56,542 bases of DNA from an uncultured Gammaproteobacteria bacterium (lineage in GTDB: Bacteria > Patescibacteriota > Microgenomatia > UBA1406 > HO2-37-13b), in the NCBI GenBank assembly GCA_964422025.1, contig CAYQYZ010000008.1, positions 1-56,542 of the forward strand. Direction: 5' to 3'. Below, piece by piece: positions 26,350 to 36,191 of this stretch (its first letter is position 1; each line of letters starts with the position of its first letter). The notes below the pieces were generated by a model. That model had not been told where the DNA came from. It saw only the letters and a list, made by a program, of their open reading frames with translations, and did no database searches. The position numbers and the translations under genes were made by a program.

Positions 26350-26429
26350 AGAGTTACTTGAAGTAATGGAAAATATCCCCATCTCCATTGTATATCTTAC
26401 TTATTGGCTGTATACAGTATAATCATCCT

Positions 26430-26828
26430 ATGGACACAACATATAATTGGTATCAAAAATTAATTAAGCCTGCATGGGCGCCTCCTTCTTTTTTGTTTGG
26501 ACCAGTGTGGACCGTGTTGTATGTACTTATAGCTATTTCATTTGGAAAGGTTTTTTTGTTGGTATTTCAAAAGAGGATACCGATGATTGTTGCTTTACCA
26601 TTTATTCTCAATATTATTTTTAATGTGGCATTTACCCCTATTCAATTTGGATTAAAAAATAACCTTCTTGCTAGCGTAGACATTCTCCTAGTGTGGATAA
26701 CCATCATTTGGGCGATGCTTGTAATATATCCCTATGCGCGTTGGATTACCTATATTCAAGTACCATATTTACTGTGGGTTTCGTTTGCATCTGTTCTCCA
26801 GATTACGATTACGTGGTTAAATAAGTAG
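26430..26828 (+). CDS. tspO: TspO/MBR family tryptophan-rich sensory protein
   Basis: WYQKLIKPAWAPP..LFGPVWTVLY and PYLLWVSFA motifs. Confidence 0.93.
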   Translation: MDTTYNWYQKLIKPAWAPPSFLFGPVWTVLYVLIAISFGKVFLLVFQKRIPMIVALPFILNIIFNVAFTPIQFGLKNNLLASVDILLVWITIIWAMLVIYPYARWITYIQVPYLLWVSFASVLQITITWLNK

Positions 26829-26852
26829 TGTACAATTTGGGCTGACAAACTT

Positions 26853-27758
26853 ATGCAATTAAACGCAAAAAAACTCATAGAAAGCATCGGTAATGTTTTT
26901 CTTCACCAAGATAATTATGTAATGAAAAAATATGCGCCTGAATTTTTTAAAGGAGAAACGTTTATTGGTGACTACTTCAATTATATTAGTTTTGAACTTC
27001 TCGGAGATCTTCCTCCTCGTGTTTACCATTCTGCCAGTCCTTTTGATCTCATATCGAAAAAAGCTCCTGAACAAGCACTCGTTTTTCATGATGGAAAGCT
27101 TGAGTTGAATATAGATTTTACCGGATACTGCACGATGAGGACGGGAGTTATGGATGCGTTATTGTTACAGGCACTCGGAATAAAAGACCTAAGTGGTAAA
27201 CGAATAATTATATTTGGTTCAGGTAGGGTCGCGCGATGGTCACTTACCTATCTGAAGGAAGTATATCCGAGCCTAACAGAGGTTGACATGGTAAATGCAT
27301 CGGGGAAATCTGATGAATTTACGAAATTTGCCGCTGATCTTGGCGTTACTACAACGTTTCAAAATGAGCCCCAGTTAGAGTTGTATGACATTATCATTCT
27401 TCATACAAGCGCCACGACAGGAGTTCTTTCAGCTGAAAATGTCTCAAAAATTAAAAAAGGCGCTATTATCACAACGTATAAATCGTTGCAGGAAAATGGA
27501 GAACTGGCGAGCGAATTTTTTGATACGCGAAAACATAATGTTATTATTGATTGGTCCGAGTCTTTGCATGCAGGGGATGTGAAGGCCGCACAAGAGAAAG
27601 GTTTTTTACATGAAGATGGAATTGTTTATTTAACTGATATTCTCCAGAATGGCAACCAATTGCCAGAAAAGAACTTCACTGTTTTTCGAAGCGACGGAAC
27701 TCCGATGCAAGACGTTGCAACTTTAAAATTGATACTAAATCAGAAAAATAAGATATAA
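26853..27758 (+). CDS. Divergent ornithine cyclodeaminase/mu-crystallin family protein
   Basis: TMRTG, IFGSGRVA dinucleotide-binding motif, terminal FRSDGTPMQDVA (canonical FKSxGxxxQD). Confidence 0.65.
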   Translation: MQLNAKKLIESIGNVFLHQDNYVMKKYAPEFFKGETFIGDYFNYISFELLGDLPPRVYHSASPFDLISKKAPEQALVFHDGKLELNIDFTGYCTMRTGVMDALLLQALGIKDLSGKRIIIFGSGRVARWSLTYLKEVYPSLTEVDMVNASGKSDEFTKFAADLGVTTTFQNEPQLELYDIIILHTSATTGVLSAENVSKIKKGAIITTYKSLQENGELASEFFDTRKHNVIIDWSESLHAGDVKAAQEKGFLHEDGIVYLTDILQNGNQLPEKNFTVFRSDGTPMQDVATLKLILNQKNKI

Positions 27759-27767
27759 TTAAGCCAC

Positions 27768-28028
27768 ATGATAAATCCTGACATTTTTGGCTATTTGGCA
27801 ACAAGCCTTAATATTGTAATGCTAGTTCCCCAGGTATTACAAACATGGAAGACTAAAAAAACGAAAGATCTTTCATTTGCATCACTCCTTTTGTTCAGTG
27901 GTGCATCAGTACTGTGGCTATCGTATGGTCTGGCAAAAAATGCACTACCAGTAATTATTGCGAATACGGTTTTGATTATCATGAATTTTATATTGATCGC
28001 TATAAAAATACGTTATCCAGAAAAGTAA
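27768..28028 (+). CDS. SemiSWEET (PQ-loop) sugar transporter
   Basis: 86 aa, three TMs, LVPQVLQTWKTKKTKDLS, LWLSYG, PVIIAN. Confidence 0.9.
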   Translation: MINPDIFGYLATSLNIVMLVPQVLQTWKTKKTKDLSFASLLLFSGASVLWLSYGLAKNALPVIIANTVLIIMNFILIAIKIRYPEK

Positions 28029-28080
28029 TGTTTCTAACGGATCGTAGTAAACGCGCGACTTTTGATATAATCTCCTCATT

Positions 28081-28785
28081 GTGCTGAACACAAAAATCAT
28101 AGAACTGCTTGAAATACTAAAGAAAGTTCCGACAATTGAGAATTCTATCTCTATAGAAAATGATGCGCTAAACATAGTAAACTTTATCTCGGTCGATACT
28201 CATTCTCTAAAAGTAAACGACGTAGACTTGGAAAGTAAAATTATTTCCACATCTCCAGATGTTCTTAAAGAGAATGTTCAAATAGAGAATTTGGATTTAT
28301 TTATAAATCAAATATCTCGCCAAATACTGAGGCTAAATCATGTCGGCATTAGCTATTGGTGCAAAAGTATCGAAGAGGAAATTGCGTTTTACAAAGAAAT
28401 TCTAAAAGATTCGCAATTAGAATTATATGAAGAGGAATCGGGAAATAAATCCAACCGATGGTTTTTTATTGGTAATAAATCAAATTGGGAAAATCCACTG
28501 TTTGAAATTGTGTTGAATCAAAGTAAGACTGAATATGTAGACGAATGGATTCCTCATTTCCACATTGATATCGATACGATTCTTGATTATTCAGAAATCA
28601 AATCTATAACAAATAGTATATTCGGGGAAGGATTTATTACCTGGAATATCGATGTCCCACATTACGGAGTAGTACTGGGAATGGGTAGTTTGGGGAGCGT
28701 AAACGGAACTAAAATTTATCTTGGTTTAGGAACTAAATTACGAGATACGAAGTACCACAGAGAAGTTTCATTAAACCAAATATAA
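28081..28785 (+). CDS. Hypothetical protein (possibly VOC/glyoxalase-like fold)
   Basis: 234 aa open frame, GTG start after TGaTATAAT; LNHVGISY and PHFHIDID motifs. Confidence 0.55.
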   Translation: MLNTKIIELLEILKKVPTIENSISIENDALNIVNFISVDTHSLKVNDVDLESKIISTSPDVLKENVQIENLDLFINQISRQILRLNHVGISYWCKSIEEEIAFYKEILKDSQLELYEEESGNKSNRWFFIGNKSNWENPLFEIVLNQSKTEYVDEWIPHFHIDIDTILDYSEIKSITNSIFGEGFITWNIDVPHYGVVLGMGSLGSVNGTKIYLGLGTKLRDTKYHREVSLNQI

Positions 28786-28823
28786 GTTTTCGGCATCTAT
28801 ATAACATTTGGTATACTTTCGTT

Positions 28824-29444
28824 ATGAATATTCTTGTATTCGGAGACAGTATTGCCTATGGGAAATGGGATGAACAGGGTGGTTGGGTACAACGACTTAG
28901 AGAGTATATTGATAAAAAATACAATCTAATAGATGAGCCCAAGAATTGGTTAGTCTACAACCTTGGTATTCCAGGTGATCTTACTGTGCGTTTGCCCGAG
29001 CGATTAACAATCGAGCTTTCTCAAAGATTTTTCAACGAAGAAACTCTTGTTATTTTTGCCATAGGAATTAATGATAGCTGTGCAAATAATTGGATGTCTG
29101 GAAAACTAACACCAGATGATGAATTTAAGACTGCAATACAGCAATCAATTACAATTGCAAAACAGTATAACTGTAAAGTATGTGGTATTGGACTTACTCC
29201 GATAAATGAAAGTAAATCAAAAGGTCGTTTGTTTAATAATAAGGATGTGGAAAGGTTTGAAGACATGCTTGCAGAAGTTTACTCCCAAATGGATATCCCA
29301 TTTCTACGATTATTAAAAGAATTAAGAGAATCACAGTTTGGACAATTATTAGTAGATAGCGTGCATCCAAATTCCGAAGGTCACGAAATATTATTTGAAA
29401 AAGTAAACGAATTTCTTCATTCTCAAAATTTTCTTGTCCGCTAA
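28824..29444 (+). CDS. SGNH/GDSL hydrolase
   Basis: FGDSIAYG, YNLGIPG, IGIND, DSVHPNSEGH blocks. Confidence 0.92.
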   Translation: MNILVFGDSIAYGKWDEQGGWVQRLREYIDKKYNLIDEPKNWLVYNLGIPGDLTVRLPERLTIELSQRFFNEETLVIFAIGINDSCANNWMSGKLTPDDEFKTAIQQSITIAKQYNCKVCGIGLTPINESKSKGRLFNNKDVERFEDMLAEVYSQMDIPFLRLLKELRESQFGQLLVDSVHPNSEGHEILFEKVNEFLHSQNFLVR

Positions 29445-29455
29445 AATAATTTCCC

Positions 29456-29767
29456 ATGTCCACAAAACCAGAAACTGTCGAATATATTCTCGAACAACTC
29501 TCTACAATGGCAAACATTCGTACTCGCAAAATGTTTGGAGAATACGCACTCTATTGTGACGAAAAAGTTGTTGCTCTTATCTGTGATGACGAGCTTTTTG
29601 TGAAGTCGACAATTTCTGGTAAAGAATTTGCCGGAAATGATTTCAAAGAGGGAATTCCATATCCTGGAGCAAAAATATATATCAAGGTTGATGAAAAACT
29701 GGACGATAGAGAATGGCTAAGTACTTTAATTAGAATAACTGCTGATGCGCTTCCGCTTCCAAAATAG
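29456..29767 (+). CDS. TfoX/Sxy N-terminal domain protein
   Basis: RKMFGEYALYCDEKVVALICDDELFVK, PYPGAK. Confidence 0.88.
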   Translation: MSTKPETVEYILEQLSTMANIRTRKMFGEYALYCDEKVVALICDDELFVKSTISGKEFAGNDFKEGIPYPGAKIYIKVDEKLDDREWLSTLIRITADALPLPK

Positions 29768-29789
29768 AGAAAAGGAGTCTGACAAAATA

Positions 29790-30218
29790 TTATTTGTCGA
29801 GTAACGTTTGCAGGGAATCTATTTTCTTTTCCAAGCGATCGATTTTTTCAGCGATAAGATCAAATTCTTTTTCTTCATCTTCTTCAACGAAAAAGCTGGC
29901 AATATTAGCAGTGATTATTGAGAACAATGAAATCCCCACAAACATTAATACGACCGCCAGTGTTCGACCCATATATGTAACGGGAACATAATCGCCATAT
30001 CCTACTGATGCTACAGTTGCAAAAGCCCACCAAATACCATCATGATAATTTGTTATATTTGAAAATTTTGCACTTTGTTCAATCTGGGTCACGAGTACCC
30101 CAATTACAATAGTGAAAGATAAGGCCACTAGTATTACATAGTTAAGTTTATGGTAAAAAATTAGATGAACCAAATCCCATTTTTTATGCTTATGTTCGTT
30201 CATATTTACTATCATCAT
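29790..30218 (-). CDS. Two-TM potassium channel pore protein (KcsA-like)
   Basis: DGIWWAFATVASVGYGDYVP selectivity filter between two TMs; C-terminal coiled coil; no RCK domain. Confidence 0.9.
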   Translation of the reverse strand: MMIVNMNEHKHKKWDLVHLIFYHKLNYVILVALSFTIVIGVLVTQIEQSAKFSNITNYHDGIWWAFATVASVGYGDYVPVTYMGRTLAVVLMFVGISLFSIITANIASFFVEEDEEKEFDLIAEKIDRLEKKIDSLQTLLDK

Positions 30219-30271
30219 ATACTATTTTACGTAGCTTGCAAAATGGTAATAATCTGCTACCATATTCCAAT

Positions 30272-30757
30272 ATGATCCTTCGTATTATTTACACTCTTTT
30301 TATTGGAATATTTCTCGCAATTTTTGTGGGTGTTGGGATTTCTGCATTTTATGAAGGTCCTGTTTATCCGGAAATGACTGCGGATTTAAAATATCAACCA
30401 GTACAGTCTGACAAATGTGTGGTTGATCCTAAAATTATTGCACAGCGAACTGCATTTGATAAAGCAGAAAAGCAGTACAATCATGATCGACAGGTTTATG
30501 CGCGCAATGTTTCCACCATTGCGGTTATTGCCGCAGTGATTTTAGTAGTCATTAGTTTAACAATGCTCAAAAAGATTTTCCTTATTTCCGATGGTATCTT
30601 ACTGGGAGGCGCATTGACATTAATTTATAGCACTATACGCGGCGCTGAAACGGAAGACACCAAATTCTTATTTATTGTTGTTTCAATAGGCCTAGTCGTT
30701 TCATTTGTATTGGGATATATAAAATTTATTCAACCGCTCCAGAACGGAAAGAAGTAA
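30272..30757 (+). CDS. Hypothetical membrane protein (about 4 TMs)
   Basis: Hydrophobic segments flanking a soluble loop. ORF track start 30236. Confidence 0.7.
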   Translation: MILRIIYTLFIGIFLAIFVGVGISAFYEGPVYPEMTADLKYQPVQSDKCVVDPKIIAQRTAFDKAEKQYNHDRQVYARNVSTIAVIAAVILVVISLTMLKKIFLISDGILLGGALTLIYSTIRGAETEDTKFLFIVVSIGLVVSFVLGYIKFIQPLQNGKK

Positions 30758-30791
30758 TATTCATGGGCCTCCTAAGTGCTATAATCGATTC

Positions 30792-31337
30792 ATGAATATA
30801 AAGAAAGGCCCGTGGATAATTACTGACAGTACTACTAAATACGAAAATCCATGGATTTCTGTAAAAGAAGATACGGTAATTAGACCTGATGGAGAAAAAG
30901 GAATCTTTGGGTTTGTAAAAATGAAGCCAGGAATTACGGTTTTGCCGCTAGATAGCGACGAAAATGTTTATTTAACCAAAGAATATCATTATGCAGTTGA
31001 GCGTGAAACGTTAGAAGCAATAAGTGGTGGAATTGATACAGACGAAACAAAAGAAGAAGCCGCCAAAAGAGAGCTCCATGAGGAAACGGGCATACTTGCA
31101 GGCGAATGGATAGATCTTGGCGTTATTGATCCGTTTACATCTGTTGTTGATTCTCCAAATTATTTATTTCTTGCACGGAATCTAGAATTCTCTCAACCCA
31201 ATCTTGAAGGAACAGAAACTCTGAAGGTCATGAAAATTCCTCTTAGAGATGCCATTCGATTAGTTATGAAAAGTGAAATAACTCATGGGGCATCGGTGGC
31301 TGTTATTTTGAAAGCAAAAGAGTTTTTGAATTTGTAA
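30792..31337 (+). CDS. NUDIX hydrolase (ADP-ribose pyrophosphatase-like)
   Basis: YENPWISVKED N-terminus, Nudix box GGID..E....AAKRELHEETG. Confidence 0.9.
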   Translation: MNIKKGPWIITDSTTKYENPWISVKEDTVIRPDGEKGIFGFVKMKPGITVLPLDSDENVYLTKEYHYAVERETLEAISGGIDTDETKEEAAKRELHEETGILAGEWIDLGVIDPFTSVVDSPNYLFLARNLEFSQPNLEGTETLKVMKIPLRDAIRLVMKSEITHGASVAVILKAKEFLNL

Positions 31338-31356
31338 ATTTATAACATATTTTTAT

Positions 31357-31764
31357 ATGGTAGATACATTCAGTCATGTTGCTCAAAACCTAACTTCAAT
31401 CAAACCTCTTGTTTACACCGCAATGTCAAAACATCTTTTTTTCTATCGAATGTTTATTTCAAAATATGTTTTGGAAAATGGTGCCGTTCCTTTAAATCCA
31501 TTTATGATTTTCGATTATTTTTTACTCGATACGGTCGATCGCAACTTGGTTCGAGAAGGGAATAATAACTTAGTTATGAAATCTGACGAGATCTGGGTTT
31601 TTGGTGCTGTAAGTAATGGAGTTCTTGCGGAAATTGAACTCGCAAAAAAGATGAAAAAGCCAATAAAATATTTCAAAATAGAAAAACAGCAGAAAATCAT
31701 CGAATGTGCAAAAGAAGATATTGAGTTTGAGGATGAAATAAAGAATCCTAGAGACTTATTGTGA
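31357..31764 (+). CDS. Nucleoside 2-deoxyribosyltransferase-like / DUF4406-like protein
   Basis: VYTA, VPLNP, SDEIWVFG..SNGVLAEIELAKKMKKPI pattern with conserved Glu. Confidence 0.65.
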   Translation: MVDTFSHVAQNLTSIKPLVYTAMSKHLFFYRMFISKYVLENGAVPLNPFMIFDYFLLDTVDRNLVREGNNNLVMKSDEIWVFGAVSNGVLAEIELAKKMKKPIKYFKIEKQQKIIECAKEDIEFEDEIKNPRDLL

Positions 31765-31784
31765 TTCTGGTATACTAGCTACAT

Positions 31785-32327
31785 ATGAAAACAACCGCAT
31801 CGTTTCTAACTAATGTTGGTCTGATTACCAGTAATGGAAAATGGGGACAGGATGTTATGGCCTGTGAATGGACATATCAACTTTCATACGATCCTCCGCT
31901 AATTGCCGTATGTATTCGCCCCGGCAAGGCAACGTTTGAAAATATTCAAGAAACGGGCGAATTTGGCGTAAGCCTTGCATCAACTGATCAGAATATTATT
32001 TCAAGTGTAGCGGGGAATAATCATGGAAAAGAAGTGGATAAGATTGCAATTCTTAAAGAACTTGGCATTAATTTTTATGAAGCAAAATCAATTAATACCC
32101 TTATGGTCGAGGGAGCGACATTAAATGCAGAATGTAAATTGATTAAACTTATTGAAATGGGCGACCACCCGATTTTCATTGGGGAAGTACAAACATTTAC
32201 CGAATATGAAAGTGATCCGATTATTTACCATAAAGGAAAATATTTTAAACTCGGCGAACAAATTCATAAACCCGATATACATAAATTGGAACATATAACG
32301 GAATTAATTCAGAAACATACAAAATAA
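31785..32327 (+). CDS. Flavin reductase-like (FMN-binding split barrel) protein
   Basis: LSYDPPLIAVCI, TFENIQETGEFGVS, GDHPIFIGEV. Confidence 0.88.
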   Translation: MKTTASFLTNVGLITSNGKWGQDVMACEWTYQLSYDPPLIAVCIRPGKATFENIQETGEFGVSLASTDQNIISSVAGNNHGKEVDKIAILKELGINFYEAKSINTLMVEGATLNAECKLIKLIEMGDHPIFIGEVQTFTEYESDPIIYHKGKYFKLGEQIHKPDIHKLEHITELIQKHTK

Positions 32328-32334
32328 TAACGTA

Positions 32335-32772
32335 ATGATTTATACTGCCTCCGATGATCATGGATTTACCGTAATGCAACATGTTTACGAGTATTTAAAA
32401 ACTCATAATTTAGAATTTGAAGATAGTGGTGTGACCAGCGCTGATCAAGATTTAAAACTTGAAGAGATGATTCCACCTGTTGTACAAAAAGTTCTTACAG
32501 ATAAAGATAATAGTGGAATATTAATTTGTGGAACTGGTGTTGGCGTTGAAGTGGGTGCAAATAAATTCAGCGGTATTCGCGCATGTTTAGCAACAGCTCC
32601 CAAGATCGCCCAATGGGCACGCCAATACGACAAGTGTAATATACTCTGCTTGGTTGGGTGGGATGATGATAAAGAAAAAGTGAACAATATTCTCGATGCA
32701 TGGTTTGGCACCGAATATGATGGAAGCGAGAATAGATTGAAAATGTTTGAAGAATTTAATAAGTGGCATTAA
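32335..32772 (+). CDS. rpiB: Ribose-5-phosphate isomerase B (RpiB/LacAB family)
   Basis: ASDDHG, GILICGTGVG, ANKFSGIRA, NILCL. Confidence 0.9.
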   Translation: MIYTASDDHGFTVMQHVYEYLKTHNLEFEDSGVTSADQDLKLEEMIPPVVQKVLTDKDNSGILICGTGVGVEVGANKFSGIRACLATAPKIAQWARQYDKCNILCLVGWDDDKEKVNNILDAWFGTEYDGSENRLKMFEEFNKWH

Positions 32773-32775
32773 TCA

Positions 32776-33546
32776 ATGGAAGAAAAAGTATTTTTTCAAA
32801 ATTCAAATCGATTGAAATTGTGTGGAGTTTTATCAAATCCCACGAACGATTTAAAAAATCCAATAATAATTCTTGTTCATGGATTTGCGACAGGTAAAGA
32901 TAGAAAAAGCACTGTATCACTTTCAAATGAGCTTAATAAAAAGAATATCTCAACATTTCGATTTGATCTATTCGCCCATGGTGAAAGTGAGGGGAGCTTT
33001 GAGGATATAACTATGAGCGAAGCGGTTGATGATATTTTGCAGGCGATTCATTTTGTAAAAGAAAAAGGATATATAAAGATCGGATTGATCGGATCAAGTT
33101 TTGGAGGAATGGCAAGTATTGTTTCCGCATCTAAAACAGACGATTTATTCGTATTGGGTTTAAAATGTCCGGTTTCAGATTATAAAGAAGTGTGGGCAGC
33201 CCGTAGAACTCCGGAACAAATTCAGCAATGGAAAAGAACCAACATGGAGATGTACACAAATAGCCTGGGGACTGCTATTAAAATCAAATTCGGTTTGTAC
33301 GAGGATGCAATAAAATATAATGTCTATGAAATCGCTAAAGATATTCATATTCCAACAATTATTATCCACGGAGATGTTGACGATAATGTTCCCGTGTCGC
33401 AAAGTATAAAAACTGCAGAAAGCATTCCTAACTGCAAATTAGTTATTATTCCAGGGGCTACTCATCGATTTGAACGGGATGGAGAGTTGGAGAAAAATAA
33501 TGAAGAGTTTGTGAATTTTGTTGTGAGCAACGTGGAGTATGGTTAG
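32776..33546 (+). CDS. Alpha/beta hydrolase
   Basis: LVHGF, GSSFGG nucleophile elbow, HGDVDDNV, GATH. Confidence 0.9.
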   Translation: MEEKVFFQNSNRLKLCGVLSNPTNDLKNPIIILVHGFATGKDRKSTVSLSNELNKKNISTFRFDLFAHGESEGSFEDITMSEAVDDILQAIHFVKEKGYIKIGLIGSSFGGMASIVSASKTDDLFVLGLKCPVSDYKEVWAARRTPEQIQQWKRTNMEMYTNSLGTAIKIKFGLYEDAIKYNVYEIAKDIHIPTIIIHGDVDDNVPVSQSIKTAESIPNCKLVIIPGATHRFERDGELEKNNEEFVNFVVSNVEYG

Positions 33547-34247
33547 ATTCCCGAAACACCAAATAACGTTCCGATACCGTAGGTAATTGCCATTGCCAAA
33601 ACACCACCCGAAACAACTCGTACGACGGCGCGAGTAACACTAGCTCCTCCAATTTTTGCACTCACCGTTCCTGTTATTGCCAGTGCAAATACGACGGCCG
33701 TAAATGCCACCGGCACTCTAATCTCTGCTGGCGGAAACGCAATTGTAAACAGGGGAATGACTGCTCCTGCCACAAACGCAAGTGCTGAAGCGGTAGCTGC
33801 CTGCCAGGGGCTGATTAAATTATCTGGATCAATTCCAAGCTCAATATCTACATGAGCAGCAAACGCGTCTTTTTTAGTTAACTCTTTAGCGACAGTAAGT
33901 GCAGTTGATTGAGATAATCCCTTCTGTTCGTATAAATGAGCAAGTTCTGCAAGTTCTTCTTTGGGAAACTGCTTAAGCTCGTATGCCTCTTTTTTTAGTA
34001 GCGCACGTTCAGTGTCGCGGGAACTGCTGACTGAAACATATTCACCCGATGCCATAGATATAGCCCCAGCAATAATTCCAGCGATGCCGGCAGTAACGAT
34101 TACAGGTGTAGAGTTAGTGGCACCCGCAACTCCTAATACCAATCCCGCAATAGAAACGATGCCATCATTTGCACCTAAAACTGACGCCCGGAGCCAATTT
34201 AAGGAACTCATTTGGTTAAGTTTATGCGGTTCAAAGTGGTCGTGCAT
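33543..34247 (-). CDS. VIT1/CCC1 family Fe/Mn transporter
   Basis: LRASVLGANDGIVS, SMASGEYVSVSS, Glu-rich metal-binding loop. Confidence 0.93.
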   Translation of the reverse strand: MHDHFEPHKLNQMSSLNWLRASVLGANDGIVSIAGLVLGVAGATNSTPVIVTAGIAGIIAGAISMASGEYVSVSSSRDTERALLKKEAYELKQFPKEELAELAHLYEQKGLSQSTALTVAKELTKKDAFAAHVDIELGIDPDNLISPWQAATASALAFVAGAVIPLFTIAFPPAEIRVPVAFTAVVFALAITGTVSAKIGGASVTRAVVRVVSGGVLAMAITYGIGTLFGVSGI

Positions 34248-34311
34248 AGGGTAATTATACTCTTGTTGTTATGTTGTAACAATTGGGTGTCGGAGCGTGT
34301 AGAATAACTGG

Positions 34312-35274
34312 ATGTCTCAGTTAAATTACACCCCCCTCCGGCGCTCGCACTATCATCGACCGCGAGCTAAAGGTCGAGGAGCTGGGTTTACTTTTCTCGT
34401 TTTACTTCTTACTTCATTTTTTTCTTTTTTAGGAACAAATTACGCGCTACATACATACTTTCCACTAAAACCTCAGGTAATGGGTGCGAATGTCGTTATT
34501 TATCCGACATTACCAGAATCATCTTCTCAACTCTCAAAAGTTGTCGATGAGGCGATGCAAGGCTCAAAAGGTAAGTATGGGATTCTCATAAAAAATCTTA
34601 AAACGGGCGAAATTTATCATGAAAATGAGCATATGACGTTTGAATCTGGAAGCTTGTATAAGTTGTGGATTATGGCAACGGCATATGAGCAAATCGAGGA
34701 GGGAACGCTTAAGGTAGATGATAGTCTACATGCTGACATTCCTGAATTAAACGAACGGTTTAATATAGCAACCGAGGATGCAGAATTAAAAGAGGGAACG
34801 ATTGATTTCACCATTGGAAGTGCCTTGCGCCAGATGATTACGATATCACATAATTATGCAGCACTTGCGCTTTCACGCAAAGTTGGAATGAAGAATGTGA
34901 AAATATTCTTGCAAAATCATGATCTAGAAGAATCATTTACGGGTCAACCGCCAAAAGTTTCAGCATACGATATTGGAATATTTTTCGAGAAATTGTATAA
35001 CAATAAGTTAGTCTCACCAAGTAGTGATAAAGAAATGATCGCATTACTTAAAGAGCAAACAATTAATCATAAACTGCCCGCAGAACTTTCAGATAGTGTT
35101 GAAATTGCCCACAAAACCGGCGAAATTGGCCTATTTTCGCATGATGCAGGAATTGTATACGCCCCCAAAGGCGACTATATAATTGTAGTATTATCACGTA
35201 GTGACTTTCCACCGGGGGCAGAAGATCGTATTGCAACGGTATCAAAAGCAGTGTATGATTACTTCAATCAATGA
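34312..35274 (+). CDS. Class A beta-lactamase-like serine hydrolase (PBP-like), membrane anchored
   Basis: SLYK (SxxK), SHN (SxN), HKTG; N-terminal TM; no evident omega-loop Glu166 motif. Confidence 0.85.
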   Translation: MSQLNYTPLRRSHYHRPRAKGRGAGFTFLVLLLTSFFSFLGTNYALHTYFPLKPQVMGANVVIYPTLPESSSQLSKVVDEAMQGSKGKYGILIKNLKTGEIYHENEHMTFESGSLYKLWIMATAYEQIEEGTLKVDDSLHADIPELNERFNIATEDAELKEGTIDFTIGSALRQMITISHNYAALALSRKVGMKNVKIFLQNHDLEESFTGQPPKVSAYDIGIFFEKLYNNKLVSPSSDKEMIALLKEQTINHKLPAELSDSVEIAHKTGEIGLFSHDAGIVYAPKGDYIIVVLSRSDFPPGAEDRIATVSKAVYDYFNQ

Positions 35275-36188
35275 ATAAGATTAAATCTTTCGGACCGTTG
35301 TTTGTTATTGTTGCCGCGCTCTTATGGAGTTTTGACGGTTTGCTACGCGTAAGTCTGTATTCTCTTCCTCCCGCAGTCATTGTTTTTTACGAACACCTTT
35401 TAGGAGCCTTTATTTTATTGCTTATTTCTTTTAAATGGTTTGCAGATCTTAAAAAACTTTCCAGGAAAGAATGGATTGCCATGGGGGTAGTAGCTCTATT
35501 TTCTGGGGCTTTAGGAACAATCTTTTACACATCGGCCTTGCAAAATATTAATTACACACAATATTCGGTTGTCGTGTTACTTCAACAACTGCAACCAATT
35601 TGGGCAATCGGCATGGCGGCACTTTTATTAAAAGAAAAAATTACAAAAAAATTTATTGGATGGGCGGCGCTTGCATTAATTGCAGCATATTTTATTTCAT
35701 TTAAAGATTTGAATGTAAATTTTGCAACCGGCTCAGGAACAGTAAAAGCTGCACTCTTAGCTCTCGGAGCTGGTGTTATGTGGGGATCATCAACTGCAAT
35801 ATCAAAGTACGTTTTAAATAAAGTTTCATTCTTGGCAGGAACTGCGTTGCGATTTATTTTGGCTCCAATCTTTGCGCTGTTTATTATTTTAGGAAATAAC
35901 CAAACAAGCGCCCTCTACACGCTTACTACACCCCAATGGCAGACCTTACTCTTAATTACCTTTTCAACCGGAATGGTGGCATTAGCATTTTATTATTACG
36001 GACTCAAAAAAACACCCGCTCGAATTACTACACTCTGTGAACTGGTTTGGCCAGCAAGTGCAATTTTAATTGATTATTCATACTTTCATCGAACGCTTTC
36101 GGCAACACAGATTTTCGGAATAGTGCTTTTGGGAATTGCGATTTACAATGTGACAAGACCGTTGGCTCTTAAAGAGAAGGAGGCATAA
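35271..36188 (+). CDS. DMT/EamA family transporter
   Basis: About 10 TMs in two EamA repeats; LLQQLQPIW, YYYGLKK. Confidence 0.9.
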   Translation: MNKIKSFGPLFVIVAALLWSFDGLLRVSLYSLPPAVIVFYEHLLGAFILLLISFKWFADLKKLSRKEWIAMGVVALFSGALGTIFYTSALQNINYTQYSVVVLLQQLQPIWAIGMAALLLKEKITKKFIGWAALALIAAYFISFKDLNVNFATGSGTVKAALLALGAGVMWGSSTAISKYVLNKVSFLAGTALRFILAPIFALFIILGNNQTSALYTLTTPQWQTLLLITFSTGMVALAFYYYGLKKTPARITTLCELVWPASAILIDYSYFHRTLSATQIFGIVLLGIAIYNVTRPLALKEKEA

Positions 36189-36191
36189 CTC

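Noticed and set aside
34312-35274. Class A beta-lactamase resistance gene
   Set aside because: SxxK, SxN and KTG are present, but there is no evident Glu166 omega-loop motif and it is membrane anchored; a PBP-like hydrolase is more likely.
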